A program made the translations under genes and the position numbers. A DNA stretch of 34,363 nt from Comamonadaceae bacterium (lineage in GTDB: Bacteria > Pseudomonadota > Gammaproteobacteria > Burkholderiales > Burkholderiaceae_C), in NCBI GenBank assembly GCA_947455585.1, contig CANGOY010000001.1, positions 1 to 34,363 on the forward strand, given 5' to 3'. The notes under the pieces are model-generated. The model searched no databases, had not been told where the DNA came from, and saw only the letters and a program-made list of their open reading frames with translations. This document shows positions 7,977 to 18,100 of this stretch, in pieces. Within the stretch, counting starts at the first letter, position 1. Every line of letters begins with the position of its first letter.

Positions 7977-8860
7977 TTCTCCCGCCCGAACAAGCCTGCT
8001 GGCCGGATCAACAACACAACCGCCATGATGATGAACACCACCGTGGACGAGGCTTCCGCAAAAAACACTTTGGTCAAACCTTCAATCAAGCCCAACCCCA
8101 AACCGGTGACGATGGCGCCCAAGATAGAACCCATGCCACCAATCACCACCACCGCAAACACCACGATGATGATGTTGGAGCCCATCAACGGACTCACTTG
8201 GTAAATCGGTGCGGCCATCACCCCGGCGAGGCCCGCCAAGCCCACGCCAAACGCGTAGGTCAAGGTCACCATCAAAGGCACGTTGATGCCAAAGGCTTTG
8301 ACCATGTTGGGGTTTTCGGTGCCAGCGCGCAAGTAAGCGCCGAGCTTGGTTTTCTCAATCACAAACCATGTGAAGAAGCACATGACGATAGACACCGCAA
8401 TGACCCACAGGCGGTATTTGGGCAGCATCATGAAGCCCAAGTCAAACACGCCACGGAACACATCGGGCAACTCATAGGGCAAGCCCGATGAGCCATAAAA
8501 CTCGCGGAAGACGCCTTCCAAAATCAACGCCAAACCAAAGGTGAGCAGCAGACCATACAAGTGGTCGAGTTGGTGCAACCAACGCAGCATGGTTTTCTCA
8601 ATCACCACACCAATCAATGCCACGCCAATGGGGGCAATGATCAAAGCCATCCAATAGTTGATGCCTGAATAGTTCAGCAGCATCCACGCAAAGAAAGCGC
8701 CCACCATGTAAAGCGCACCGTGCGCAAAGTTGACGATGTTGAGCATGCCAAAAATGACTGCCAGCCCCAACGACAAAATGGCATAAAAAGAGCCATTCAC
8801 CAAACCCAGCATGAGTTGCCCCATTAACGCTTGTATGGGTACGCCAAAAATTTCTGTCAT
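7973..8860 (-). CDS. LIV-type ABC transporter permease (LivH-like)
   Basis: GLAVIFGMLNIVNFAHG, TKLGAYLRA, FAVVVIGGMGSI.GA. Confidence 0.93.
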   Translation of the reverse strand: MTEIFGVPIQALMGQLMLGLVNGSFYAILSLGLAVIFGMLNIVNFAHGALYMVGAFFAWMLLNYSGINYWMALIIAPIGVALIGVVIEKTMLRWLHQLDHLYGLLLTFGLALILEGVFREFYGSSGLPYELPDVFRGVFDLGFMMLPKYRLWVIAVSIVMCFFTWFVIEKTKLGAYLRAGTENPNMVKAFGINVPLMVTLTYAFGVGLAGLAGVMAAPIYQVSPLMGSNIIIVVFAVVVIGGMGSILGAIVTGLGLGLIEGLTKVFFAEASSTVVFIIMAVVLLIRPAGLFGREK

Positions 8861-8870
8861 AAATCCGGTT

Positions 8871-8901
8871 CAATAAAACGGGCTGCACAATGCAGCCCGT
8901 T
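8871..8901 (-). terminator. Intrinsic-terminator-like hairpin after the binding-protein gene
   Basis: Perfect 11-bp stem AACGGGCTGCA-ttg-TGCAGCCCGTT followed by TTATTG on the minus strand. Confidence 0.7.
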
Positions 8902-8912
8902 GTGTCAGCTCA

Positions 8913-10145
8913 TTACTTCTTCGCAAACGCAGGGCAACGGCTTTGCGCCAAAGGCTGGAATGCCTCTTCACCCTTGATGATGCCCTTCAGGTTGTAGTAG
9001 TCCCATGGGCCTTTCGACTCGGAAGGCTTCTTGACTTGGAACAAATACATGTCGTGCACCATGCGACCATCAGGACGCAGCTTGCCGTTCTTGGCAAACA
9101 TGTCGTTGATCGGCATCTCTTGCATCTTCTTCATCACGGCAGCGGTGTCGTCCGTGCCAGCAGCTTGAACAGCCTTCAAGTAATGCATGGTGGATGAGTA
9201 GACAGAAGCGTGGTTGGAGTTGGGCTTCTTCTTCATTTCAGCTTCGTACTTTTGTGACCAAGCGCGTGTCTCGGGGTTCAAGTCCCAATACCAACCTTCG
9301 GTCAAGTACAAGCCTTGTGCGGTGTTCAAGCCAATGGCGTGCACGTCGGTGATCAACATCAACAAGGCGGCCAAGTTTTGCTTCTTGGTCAAACCAAATT
9401 CAGCGGCAGCTTTGATGCTGTTCACCGTGTCGCCACCCGCGTTGGCCAAGCCCACCACTTTGGCGCCTGAGCTTTGTGCTTGCAGCAAGAAGGAGGAGAA
9501 GTCACCAGTAGACAGTGGGTGACGCACAGCGCCCTTCACCGTGCCGCCTGCGGCCTTCACCACATCACCGGTGTCTTTTTCGAGGGAGTGACCAAATGCG
9601 TAGTCAGCGGTCAAGAAGAACCAGCTGTCGCCGCCGTCTTTCACAATGGCTTTGCCCACCACGTTGCTCAAGGCAACAGTGTCCATCAAGTAATGGATAC
9701 CTGTGCCTGGCGCACAATCTTCGTTGGTCAAGCGTGCAGTGGCACCGCCTGTGACGATGGTGATTTTGTTTTTCTCTTTGCCCAAAGCTTGCACTGTCAA
9801 GGACACAGCAGAGTTCAAGTTCTCCACAGTCATGTCCACGCCGTCGCGGTCAAACCATTGTTGGGTCACGTTCTTGGCCACGTCGGGCTTGTTTTGGTGG
9901 TCAGCATTGACCACTTCAATCGGCTTACCAAACATCTTGCCGCCAAAGTCTTTCACAGCCATCTTGGCAGCAGCCACGGCACCAGGGCCGCCGTAGTCGG
10001 CGTACACGCCAGACATGTCGGTCAACACGCCAATCTTCACGCTGTCGCCGGACAATTTGCCCTGAGCCATGGCGCTGGTGGAAACACCTGCCAAAAAGAC
10101 GGCCGTTGCTGCTGCAATGGCTGAGGTCACGAAAGTACGCTTCAT
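8913..10145 (-). CDS. ABC transporter periplasmic binding protein (LivK/PBP1 type); substrate uncertain
   Basis: Signal peptide, KIGVLTDMSG.YAD..G.G, ADHQNKPD, WFFLTADYAFG..LE, DFSSFLLQAQSS, R.DGRMVHDMYL. Confidence 0.93.
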   Translation of the reverse strand: MKRTFVTSAIAAATAVFLAGVSTSAMAQGKLSGDSVKIGVLTDMSGVYADYGGPGAVAAAKMAVKDFGGKMFGKPIEVVNADHQNKPDVAKNVTQQWFDRDGVDMTVENLNSAVSLTVQALGKEKNKITIVTGGATARLTNEDCAPGTGIHYLMDTVALSNVVGKAIVKDGGDSWFFLTADYAFGHSLEKDTGDVVKAAGGTVKGAVRHPLSTGDFSSFLLQAQSSGAKVVGLANAGGDTVNSIKAAAEFGLTKKQNLAALLMLITDVHAIGLNTAQGLYLTEGWYWDLNPETRAWSQKYEAEMKKKPNSNHASVYSSTMHYLKAVQAAGTDDTAAVMKKMQEMPINDMFAKNGKLRPDGRMVHDMYLFQVKKPSESKGPWDYYNLKGIIKGEEAFQPLAQSRCPAFAKK

Positions 10146-10169
10146 AGTTTGCTCCTGTTGAAAAAGGGC

Positions 10170-10874
10170 TTAAACGCCCAGATACTCGTTCAGCATTTGT
10201 GCTTTTTTATCGAGCTCATCTTTGTGGACCGTGGCCACGATTTGGCCATGCTCCATCACGTAGTGCCGGTCTGCCAGCGGTGCGGCAAAGCGGAAGTTTT
10301 GTTCGACCAAAATAATGGTCAAGCCTTTGGCTTTGAGTTGGCGAATCACGCGGCCCAGTGTTTGCACAATCACCGGCGCCAAGCCTTCGGTGATTTCGTC
10401 CAACAACAAAATGCGTGCGCCCGAGCGCAGGATACGCGCCATGGCCAACATCTGCTGCTCACCACCCGACAAGCGCGTGCCTTGACTGTGGCGGCGCTCT
10501 TTGAGGTTGGGGAACATTTCGTAAATCTCTTCCACTGACATGCCGCCTGGTCCGATTTTGGGCGGCAGCATGAGGTTTTCTTCGCAGCTCAGCGTCGAGA
10601 AAATTCCGCGCTCTTCTGGGCAGTAGCCCAAGCCTAAACGCGCAATTTGGTTGGTCTGCATGCCAATGGTTTCCACACCATCAATTTGCACCGAACCCGT
10701 ACGCCGACCTGTTAAACCCAAGATGGATTTCATGGTGGTCGAACGACCCGCACCATTGCGGCCCAGCAAAGTGATGAGCTCACCTTCGTGAATTTCGAAA
10801 TCCACACCATGCAAGATGTGTGATTCGCCGTACCAAGAATCAAGGCTCTTGACTTTTAAGAGGGGCTTGCTCAT
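10170..10874 (-). CDS. LIV-type ABC ATPase (LivF-like)
   Basis: GRNGAGRST Walker A variant, LSGGEQQMLAMAR, LLLDE, LVEQN. Confidence 0.94.
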   Translation of the reverse strand: MSKPLLKVKSLDSWYGESHILHGVDFEIHEGELITLLGRNGAGRSTTMKSILGLTGRRTGSVQIDGVETIGMQTNQIARLGLGYCPEERGIFSTLSCEENLMLPPKIGPGGMSVEEIYEMFPNLKERRHSQGTRLSGGEQQMLAMARILRSGARILLLDEITEGLAPVIVQTLGRVIRQLKAKGLTIILVEQNFRFAAPLADRHYVMEHGQIVATVHKDELDKKAQMLNEYLGV

Positions 10875-11635
10875 GCGACCTCCTCAGCTGTGCCCACATA
10901 GGCCTCAAGCACACGCGGGTCTTTGGACACTTGCGCGTAAGGGCCTTCAGCCAACACCGTACCGCGCGCGAGCACCGTGATGGTGTCGGACAAATCAGAA
11001 ATCACATTCATGTTGTGCTCCACCATCAGCACGGTTCGGTTGGCAGAGACTTTGCGAATCAGGTCCACCACGCGGCTCACGTCTTCGTGGCCCATGCCTT
11101 GGGTGGGCTCGTCCAACAGCATCAGCTCGGGGTCAAGGGCCAAGGTGGTGGCAATTTCAAGCGCACGCTTACGGCCGTAGGGCAGTTCAATGGTTTGCGT
11201 TTGCGCGAAGCTGGCCAAGTCCACTTGCTCTAACAAGTGCATGGCTTGCTCGTTCAAACTGTTGAGGGTGGTCTCGGGTTTCCAGAAATGAAAGCTCGTA
11301 CCGAGTTTGCGCTGCAAGCCAACACGTACGTTTTCCAACACGCTCAGGTGCGGAAACACGGCAGAAATTTGGAACGAACGCACCATGCCCATGCGCGCCA
11401 CTTCGGCAGCTTTGAGCGGTGTGATGTCTTGACCGTTGTAAAAAATCTGGCCCGAGCTCACAGGCAAAAACTTGGTGAGCAAGTTGAACACGGTGGTTTT
11501 GCCGGCACCGTTGGGCCCAATCAAAGCGTGGATGGAGCCGCGCTTGATTTTCAGGTCCACGCCATCCACGGCAATGAAGCCTTTGAATTCGCGCGTGAGC
11601 TGCTTGGTTTCTAAGATGAAGTCGTTGCGTGTCAA
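10871..11635 (-). CDS. LIV-type ABC ATPase (LivG-like)
   Basis: GPNGAGKTT, RSFQ, LPYGRKRALEIA, LLDEP, VEHNM. Start placed at TTG 11635 (GAGG upstream) rather than 11704. Confidence 0.92.
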   Translation of the reverse strand: MTRNDFILETKQLTREFKGFIAVDGVDLKIKRGSIHALIGPNGAGKTTVFNLLTKFLPVSSGQIFYNGQDITPLKAAEVARMGMVRSFQISAVFPHLSVLENVRVGLQRKLGTSFHFWKPETTLNSLNEQAMHLLEQVDLASFAQTQTIELPYGRKRALEIATTLALDPELMLLDEPTQGMGHEDVSRVVDLIRKVSANRTVLMVEHNMNVISDLSDTITVLARGTVLAEGPYAQVSKDPRVLEAYVGTAEEVA

Positions 11636-11772
11636 ACCTGTAGCCTCAATGAGTGTCCGTCTGTCTAGGACGCGGATGCTACTCACCGAACGCTTCAGCC
11701 GCAAAGGGGTAAACCCTTTTATCAGTCACCTGGACGACAAAAAGTGGTCAGACCACCGCACCAAACAGGCGC

Positions 11773-11801
11773 AAAAAAGCCGGTTCAACCGGCTTTTCTT
11801 T
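11773..11801 (-). terminator. Intrinsic terminator after secF, probably bidirectional
   Basis: AAAAAAGCCGGTT-c-AACCGGCTTTTCTTT: GC stem flanked by A/T tracts. Confidence 0.8.
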
Positions 11802-11814
11802 GAAACGTGAGGCC

Positions 11815-12771
11815 TTAAACCACAGCACCCGAATTTTCGTCATCAGAATCGCCCACCACCTTGGTGGCGTGGTGCTTGATGAGGTCATCGCGGCGAATGC
11901 CCAACCACATGGCGATGGCCGCTGCCACGAACACCGATGAGTAAATGCCAAAGCAAATGCCAATGGTCAGCGCCAGCGCAAAGTAATGCAGCGTGGCACC
12001 GCCGAACAGCAACATGGACAAGACCATGAGCTGCGTGCAGCCGTGGGTGATGATGGTGCGGCTGATGGTGGAGGTGATAGCGTTGTCGATGATTTCGACT
12101 GTGGCCATCTTGCGATAGCGGCGGAAGTTTTCGCGAATACGGTCAAAAATCACCACGGACTCGTTCACGGAGTAACCGAGGACAGCGAGCACAGCCGCCA
12201 GCACAGGCAGCGAAAACTCCCACTGGAAGAATGCGAAGAAACCCAAGATGATGACCACGTCATGTAAGTTCGCAATGATGGCCGCCACGGCAAACTTCCA
12301 CTCGAAGCGCATGGCCAAATAAATCATGATGCCCACGATGACGAAAGCCAAGGCCTTGAGGCCGTCTACCGCCAACTCGTCGCCCACTTGTGGACCGACA
12401 AACTCGGTGCGTCGCAGCTGCACATTGCTGTCCGTTGCATTGAGTGCGGTCAGCACTTGTTCGCTTTGCTGGGCAGAGCTCTGGCCTTTGGCAGCTGGCA
12501 TGCGAATCATCACATCACGCGCCGTGCCAAAGTTTTGCACTTGCACATCCGAAAAACCAAGCTTGGCGATTTGGTCGCGCACAGCATTGAGGTCAGCAGG
12601 TTGGCTGTAGCTGACTTCCATCAGTGTGCCGCCTGTGAACTCAACCGACAGGTGCAAACCACGGCTGAACAAGAAGAACACCGCCGCCACAAACGTAATG
12701 AACGAGATGGCGTTGAATGCCACCGCATGCTTCATGAACGGGATGTCTTTACGGATTTTGAAAAATTCCAT
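11815..12771 (-). CDS. secF: Protein translocase subunit SecF
   Basis: EFTGGT, EFVGPQVG.EL, Y.AMRFEW, HDV, GYSVNESVVIFDRIREN, SRTIIT. Confidence 0.98.
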   Translation of the reverse strand: MEFFKIRKDIPFMKHAVAFNAISFITFVAAVFFLFSRGLHLSVEFTGGTLMEVSYSQPADLNAVRDQIAKLGFSDVQVQNFGTARDVMIRMPAAKGQSSAQQSEQVLTALNATDSNVQLRRTEFVGPQVGDELAVDGLKALAFVIVGIMIYLAMRFEWKFAVAAIIANLHDVVIILGFFAFFQWEFSLPVLAAVLAVLGYSVNESVVIFDRIRENFRRYRKMATVEIIDNAITSTISRTIITHGCTQLMVLSMLLFGGATLHYFALALTIGICFGIYSSVFVAAAIAMWLGIRRDDLIKHHATKVVGDSDDENSGAVV

Positions 12772-12800
12772 GACTCAAATCTCTTTCTTGTCGCCTGCGC

Positions 12801-14654
12801 TTAAGCGCGCCACACGGTGCCAATAGACACGCTTTGCAATTTCTTTTGGCGGCCATACCAAACGTTGACCAAGCCACGCGAGAAGAACACCGCCGAGAAC
12901 ATGCTGGTCAAAATGCCCAAGCAATGCACCACGGCAAAGCCGCGCACAGGGCCAGAACCAAAGGCCAACAAAGCCAAACCGGCAATCAGGGTGGTGACGT
13001 TGGAGTCAAGGATGGTGGCCCAAGCGCGGTCGTAACCGGCATGGATGGCGGACTGAGGTGACGCACCGTTGCGCAACTCTTCGCGCACGCGTTCGTTGAT
13101 GAGCACGTTGGCGTCAATCGCCATACCCAACACCAAGGCCATCGCGGCCATGCCGGGCAAGGTGAGCGTGGCTTGCAACATGGAGAGCACAGCCACCAAG
13201 AGCAACAAGTTCACCGCCAGCGACACGCTGGAGAACACGCCAAACAACATGTAATAGATGCACATGAAGGCGGTCACGGCCACAAAGCCCCAAGTGACCG
13301 AGTCAAAACCTTTGGCAATGTTTTCAGCGCCTAGGCTTGGGCCAATGGTGCGTTCTTCGATGATTTCCATGGGCGCAGCCAGCGAGCCAGCGCGCAACAA
13401 CAAGGCGGTGTCGTTGGCTTCGACGGTGCTCATGCGGCCAGAAATTTGCACGCGGCCACCGCCGATTTCGCTGCGAATCACAGGCGCGGTGACGACTTCG
13501 CCCTTGCCTTTTTCAAACAACAAAATGGCCATGCGCTTGCCCACGCTCTCACGCGTCACGTCTTTGAAGATGCGTGCGCCTTTGGCGTCGAGCGTCAGGT
13601 GCACGGCGGCTTCTTGGTTTTGTGTGTCAAAGCCAGGTTGCGCGTCGGTCAAGTTTTCGCCCGTCAAAATGACTTGCTTTTTCACAATCACGGCTTGGCC
13701 GTTGCGGTCCATGAAACGCTCTGTGCCAAATGGCACTGGGCCGTTGCCAAACTCTGCCGTGCGAGCTTCGGCACTGTCGTCCACCATGCGGATTTCCAGC
13801 GTGGCGGTGCGGCCCAAAATGTCTTTGGCTTTGGCGGTGTCTTGCACGCCTGGCAGCTGCACCACGATGCGGTCGGTGCCTTGCTGCTGAATCACAGGCT
13901 CGGCCACGCCCAACTCGTTGATGCGGTTGTGCAGCGTGGTGATGTTTTGTTTGATGGCTTGCTCTTGCACGCGCTTGGCAGCCACAGGGTTGATGACCGC
14001 GGTGAGCTTGAAGTCAGCGCCATCGGGACCGCTGGTGGTTTGCAAGTCCAAGAACTGGTCTTGAATCACGCGTTGCGCGGCTTCGAGGGTTTCCATGTCG
14101 CGGAAACGAATCTCGATGGTTTGGTTGTTGCGGCTGATACCGCTGTGGCGCACGTTCTTTTCGCGCAAACCGGTGCGAATGTCACCGGCCAAAGACTCGG
14201 CTTTTTTGGTCAGCGCCGCAGGCATGTCCACTTGCAACATGAAGTGCACGCCACCGCGCAAGTCCAAACCCAAATACATGGGCGCTGCGTTGAGTGAGGT
14301 CAGCCACGCAGGTGAGCGGGCCAACAAATTGAGGGCCACAACATACGAGGCATCGTTGGCGTCGGGCACCAAGGCAAGCTGTATCGCGTCCTTGGCTTTG
14401 AGTTGTTTGTCAGTGGTGTCAAAGCGAACTTTGAGCGAGCCGTTGTCCAAGGTCACCACATCGGGGGTGAGGCTGGCAGCGGCCAAGGCTGCTTGCACAC
14501 GCCCTTGCACAGCCAGGTCGACCTTGACAGACGACTTGGCGGCTGACACCTGCACCGCAGGCGCTTCACCAAAAAAGTTAGGCAGCGTGTAGATGCTGCC
14601 AACCAACAAAGCGATCACGATGATCGCGTACTTCCAAAGGGGGTAACGGTTCAT
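12801..14654 (-). CDS. secD: Protein translocase subunit SecD
   Basis: LGLDLRGGVHF, RINELGVAEP.IQQQG.DRIVVQLPGVQD, ERTIGPSLG, GMAIDANVLINER.REE. Confidence 0.98.
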   Translation of the reverse strand: MNRYPLWKYAIIVIALLVGSIYTLPNFFGEAPAVQVSAAKSSVKVDLAVQGRVQAALAAASLTPDVVTLDNGSLKVRFDTTDKQLKAKDAIQLALVPDANDASYVVALNLLARSPAWLTSLNAAPMYLGLDLRGGVHFMLQVDMPAALTKKAESLAGDIRTGLREKNVRHSGISRNNQTIEIRFRDMETLEAAQRVIQDQFLDLQTTSGPDGADFKLTAVINPVAAKRVQEQAIKQNITTLHNRINELGVAEPVIQQQGTDRIVVQLPGVQDTAKAKDILGRTATLEIRMVDDSAEARTAEFGNGPVPFGTERFMDRNGQAVIVKKQVILTGENLTDAQPGFDTQNQEAAVHLTLDAKGARIFKDVTRESVGKRMAILLFEKGKGEVVTAPVIRSEIGGGRVQISGRMSTVEANDTALLLRAGSLAAPMEIIEERTIGPSLGAENIAKGFDSVTWGFVAVTAFMCIYYMLFGVFSSVSLAVNLLLLVAVLSMLQATLTLPGMAAMALVLGMAIDANVLINERVREELRNGASPQSAIHAGYDRAWATILDSNVTTLIAGLALLAFGSGPVRGFAVVHCLGILTSMFSAVFFSRGLVNVWYGRQKKLQSVSIGTVWRA

Positions 14655-14686
14655 GATCGCTTCGTCGTTTTAATGGTGGGTACGAA

Positions 14687-15016
14687 TTACAGTGAACCTT
14701 TAGGCAGCACTTGCACCACAGCTTGGCGTTGCAATTGCACTTCCACGCCAGCAGCAATTTCGATGGTCACCGTGGCTTCAGCCAACTTGGTCACCTTGCC
14801 GAGCAAGCCGCCAGCGGTGGCGATTTCGTCGCCTTTGGCGATGGCCTCGATCATGGCTTTGTGTTCTTTTTGACGCTTCATTTGTGGGCGAATCATCACG
14901 AAATACAAGACCACAAACATCAACACCAAAGGCAACATGCCTTGGAGCGAAGACATGATGTCATTGCCTGCAGCAGCGGCAGGAGCGGTTTGGGCAAAAG
15001 CAGAAGAAATCAACAC
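14687..15016 (-). CDS. yajC: Preprotein translocase subunit YajC
   Basis: YFVMIRPQMKRQKEH, KGDEI.TAGG..G, VLPKGSL. Start at GTG 15016 after a GGAG SD. Confidence 0.96.
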   Translation of the reverse strand: MLISSAFAQTAPAAAAGNDIMSSLQGMLPLVLMFVVLYFVMIRPQMKRQKEHKAMIEAIAKGDEIATAGGLLGKVTKLAEATVTIEIAAGVEVQLQRQAVVQVLPKGSL

Positions 15017-15079
15017 GGTCAAACTCCAAATTGAGGGACTGCTGCTGGGGTGCAAAACGCCCCAGCAGACCAACCGCGG

Positions 15080-15085
15080 ATTGTA
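15080..15085 (-). promoter_or_regulatory. Putative -10 (TACAAT) for yajC-secDF
   Basis: TACAAT on the minus strand in the ior-yajC gap; no clear -35. Confidence 0.4.
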
Positions 15086-15103
15086 TGCGGCTGACTCAGT
15101 GCC

Positions 15104-18100
15104 TCAGTTCAGGGCGGACCACTGCACTTTCAAGGCATCCCACTTCAAACGTGCCGCCGCCAAGTGGCGCGCTTTGACGTGGCCAAAGCCTTTGATTTGC
15201 TCCGGGACTCTCGCTATCTCCACCGCCAAGGCGTGGTTGCCGGCGTTGAGTTGACCCAACATGGCATCGACGCTGGTGCGGTACTGCTGAATGAGTGCGC
15301 GTTCGGTGCGACGCTCTTGGGTGTAACCAAACACATCCAACGCGCTGCCTCTGAGCCACTTGAAATGCTTGAGCACTTTGAAGCCCGTCAACATAAATGG
15401 TCCAAACTTTTGCTTTTGCAACTCGCCTTTGCCATTCGTCTTGGCAATCAAGGGCGGGGCCAAGTGGTAGTTAAGGGTGTAGCCACCTTCAAACATGCCA
15501 TCTATTTTTTGCAAGAAGGTTTTGTCGGTGTGCAAACGGGCCACCTCGTACTCATCTTTGTAGGCCATGAGTTTGAACAGGTTGCGTGCCACGGCCTCAG
15601 TCAGCGTGGTTTTGTTCAGCGCAGCCTCTGCCGTGCGCACGCGTTCAACCACCGCACGATAGCTGTTGGCATACGCTGCGCTTTGGTAGTTGATGAGGAA
15701 ATCCGCGCGTTTGGCGATGAGTGCATCCACGCCCTCGGGCTTGTGGAATTGCACCACTTGTGCAGGTGCCAACACGGCTTGCACCTCGTCCCAATGCGCG
15801 GCGCAGTGACGGCCCCATTCAAACGCCGCTTTGTTTTGCGCCACCGCCATGTCGTTGAGTTCCATCGCACGCATCAAGGCATCCAGCCCCAGCGGCACCC
15901 AACCCTTTTGCCACGCAAAGCCCAACACCATCGGGTTCACAAAAATGCTGTCGCCCAGCACTTGGGTGGCCACGCGGTTGGCATCAAAAGCGCTGACGCC
16001 GTCAACACCCACGGCGTGCGCGATGGTGGCCACACATTCGTCACCTGGGTTTTGCCAATTGGCATTGCGCACAAACGCGGCAGTGGGTGCGCTGTGCGCA
16101 TTGAGCGCCACATGGGTGCGGCCTGCACGCATGCGCTGCAAAGTTTCTTTGCCCGCCACCACGATGGGGTCGCAACCAATCACCAGGTCAGCCGCCGCCA
16201 CGCCCACGCGGGTGGTTCGAATGTCGTCTTGGTGGTTGGCAATGAGCACATGGCTCCACGTGCTGCCGCCTTTTTGCGCTAAGCCCGCAGCGTCTTGCGT
16301 GACGATGCCTTTGCCTTCGATGTGCGCGGCCATGCCCAACAGCTGACCAATGGTGATGACACCCGTACCGCCCACACCCGCCACCACCATGCCCCAGGCT
16401 TGGGTGGTATCGGGCAAGGTGGGCTCTGGCAGCGCCAGCGCTGGCAGTTCGATGCGCGACACACCTTTGGCTTTTTTCTTCAAGCTACCGCCTTCCACCG
16501 TAACGAAGCTCGGACAAAAGCCTTTGACACAGCTGATGTCTTTGTTGCAGGTGCTTTGGTTGATGGTGCGCTTGCGACCAAACTCGGTTTCAAGTGGCTC
16601 CACGCTCATGCAGTTGCTTTGCACGCCGCAGTCGCCGCAGCCTTCGCACACCAGCTCGTTGATGAGCACACGCGTGGCAGGGTCAGCCATGGTGCCGCGT
16701 TTGCGACGGCGGCGTTTTTCGGTGGCACAGGTTTGGTCATAAATGATGACGGTGCAACCTTTGATATCGCGCATCTCGCGTTGGATGCGGTCCAACTCGT
16801 CGCGGTGGAACACAGCCACGCCGGCGACCAATCCTGCGCCTTCGTATTTTTCGGGCTCGTCCGTCACCACGGTGATGCGTTGTGCGCCTTCGGCTTTCAT
16901 GCTTTGGGCGATTTGAAGAACCGAATGCCCTTCAGGTCTTTCACCCACGCGCTGACCACCGGTCATCGCCACCGCATCGTTGTAAAGCAGCTTGTAGGTG
17001 ATGTTCACGCCAGCCGCAATGCTTTGGCGAATCGCCAAGATGCCGCTGTGAAAGTAAGTCCCGTCGCCCAAGTTGGCGAAGATGTGTGGGTCATTCACAA
17101 ACGGTTGCTGCCCCACCCAAGGCACGCCCTCGCCACCCATTTGCGTGAAGCCATGTGTGTCGCGGTCCATCCACAACACCATGAAGTGGCAACCAATGCC
17201 CGCCATCGCACGCGAGCCTTCGGGCACTTTGGTAGACGTGTTGTGCGGGCAGCCCGAACAGAACCAAGGCATGCGGTCAGCCTTGAGCGTGACGGTTTGC
17301 ATCTGCGCTTCTTTGGCGCTGATGATGGCCAGCTGCGCGTTGATGCCTGCGGTGGTGTCCGCATCCACGCCAAGCTTGAGCACACGTTGCGCAATGGCTT
17401 TGGCAATGAGTGCCGGGTTGAGGTCGGCATTGGCGCGCAACAAGGTGTTGGCGCTTGGGTTGGGCATGGACCATTCGCCGCCACCACCGAAAAAGCTGTC
17501 TGATGCTGCGTCATCACCCATGTCGTTGAACTTGCCCAGCACATTGGGCCGCACATCGGCGCGCCAGTTGTACAGCTCTTCTTTGAGCTGGTACTCAATG
17601 ACTTGGCGTTTTTCTTCAATCACCAAAATCTCTTGCAGCCCCTTGGCGAACTCGCGCGTGAGCTGTGCATCCAGCGGCCACACCACAGCCACCTTGTGCA
17701 AGCGAATGCCAAGGCGGCGACAAGTCGCATCGTCCAACCCCAAGTCGAGCAGCGCTTGGCGTGTGTCGTTGTAGGCTTTGCCGCTGGCAATCAAACCCAG
17801 CCTGTCGTTAGGACCTTCAATGACGTTGTGGTTCAAACGGTTGGCACGCACATAAGCGAGTGCGGCATACCACTTGTAGTCAAACAAGCGCGCTTCTTGT
17901 TCGAGTGCGGTATCGGGCCAGCGGATGTGCAAGCCACCTGCAGGCATTTCAAACTCTGGAATGACGATGTTCACGCGATGTGGGTCAATCACCGCAGTGG
18001 AACTGGACTCCACAATTTCTTGAATCGTCTTCATGCCCGACCACACGCCACTGAAACGGCTCATGGCGATGGCGTGCAAACCCAAATCCAAAATTTCTTG

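Noticed and set aside
11636-11704. Longer LivG N-terminus from 11704
   Set aside because: No homology-like content; an SD supports TTG 11635.
15017-15073. yajC extension as a possible SecM-like arrest leader
   Set aside because: No separate upstream ORF with a signal peptide or arrest motif; the SD supports GTG 15016.
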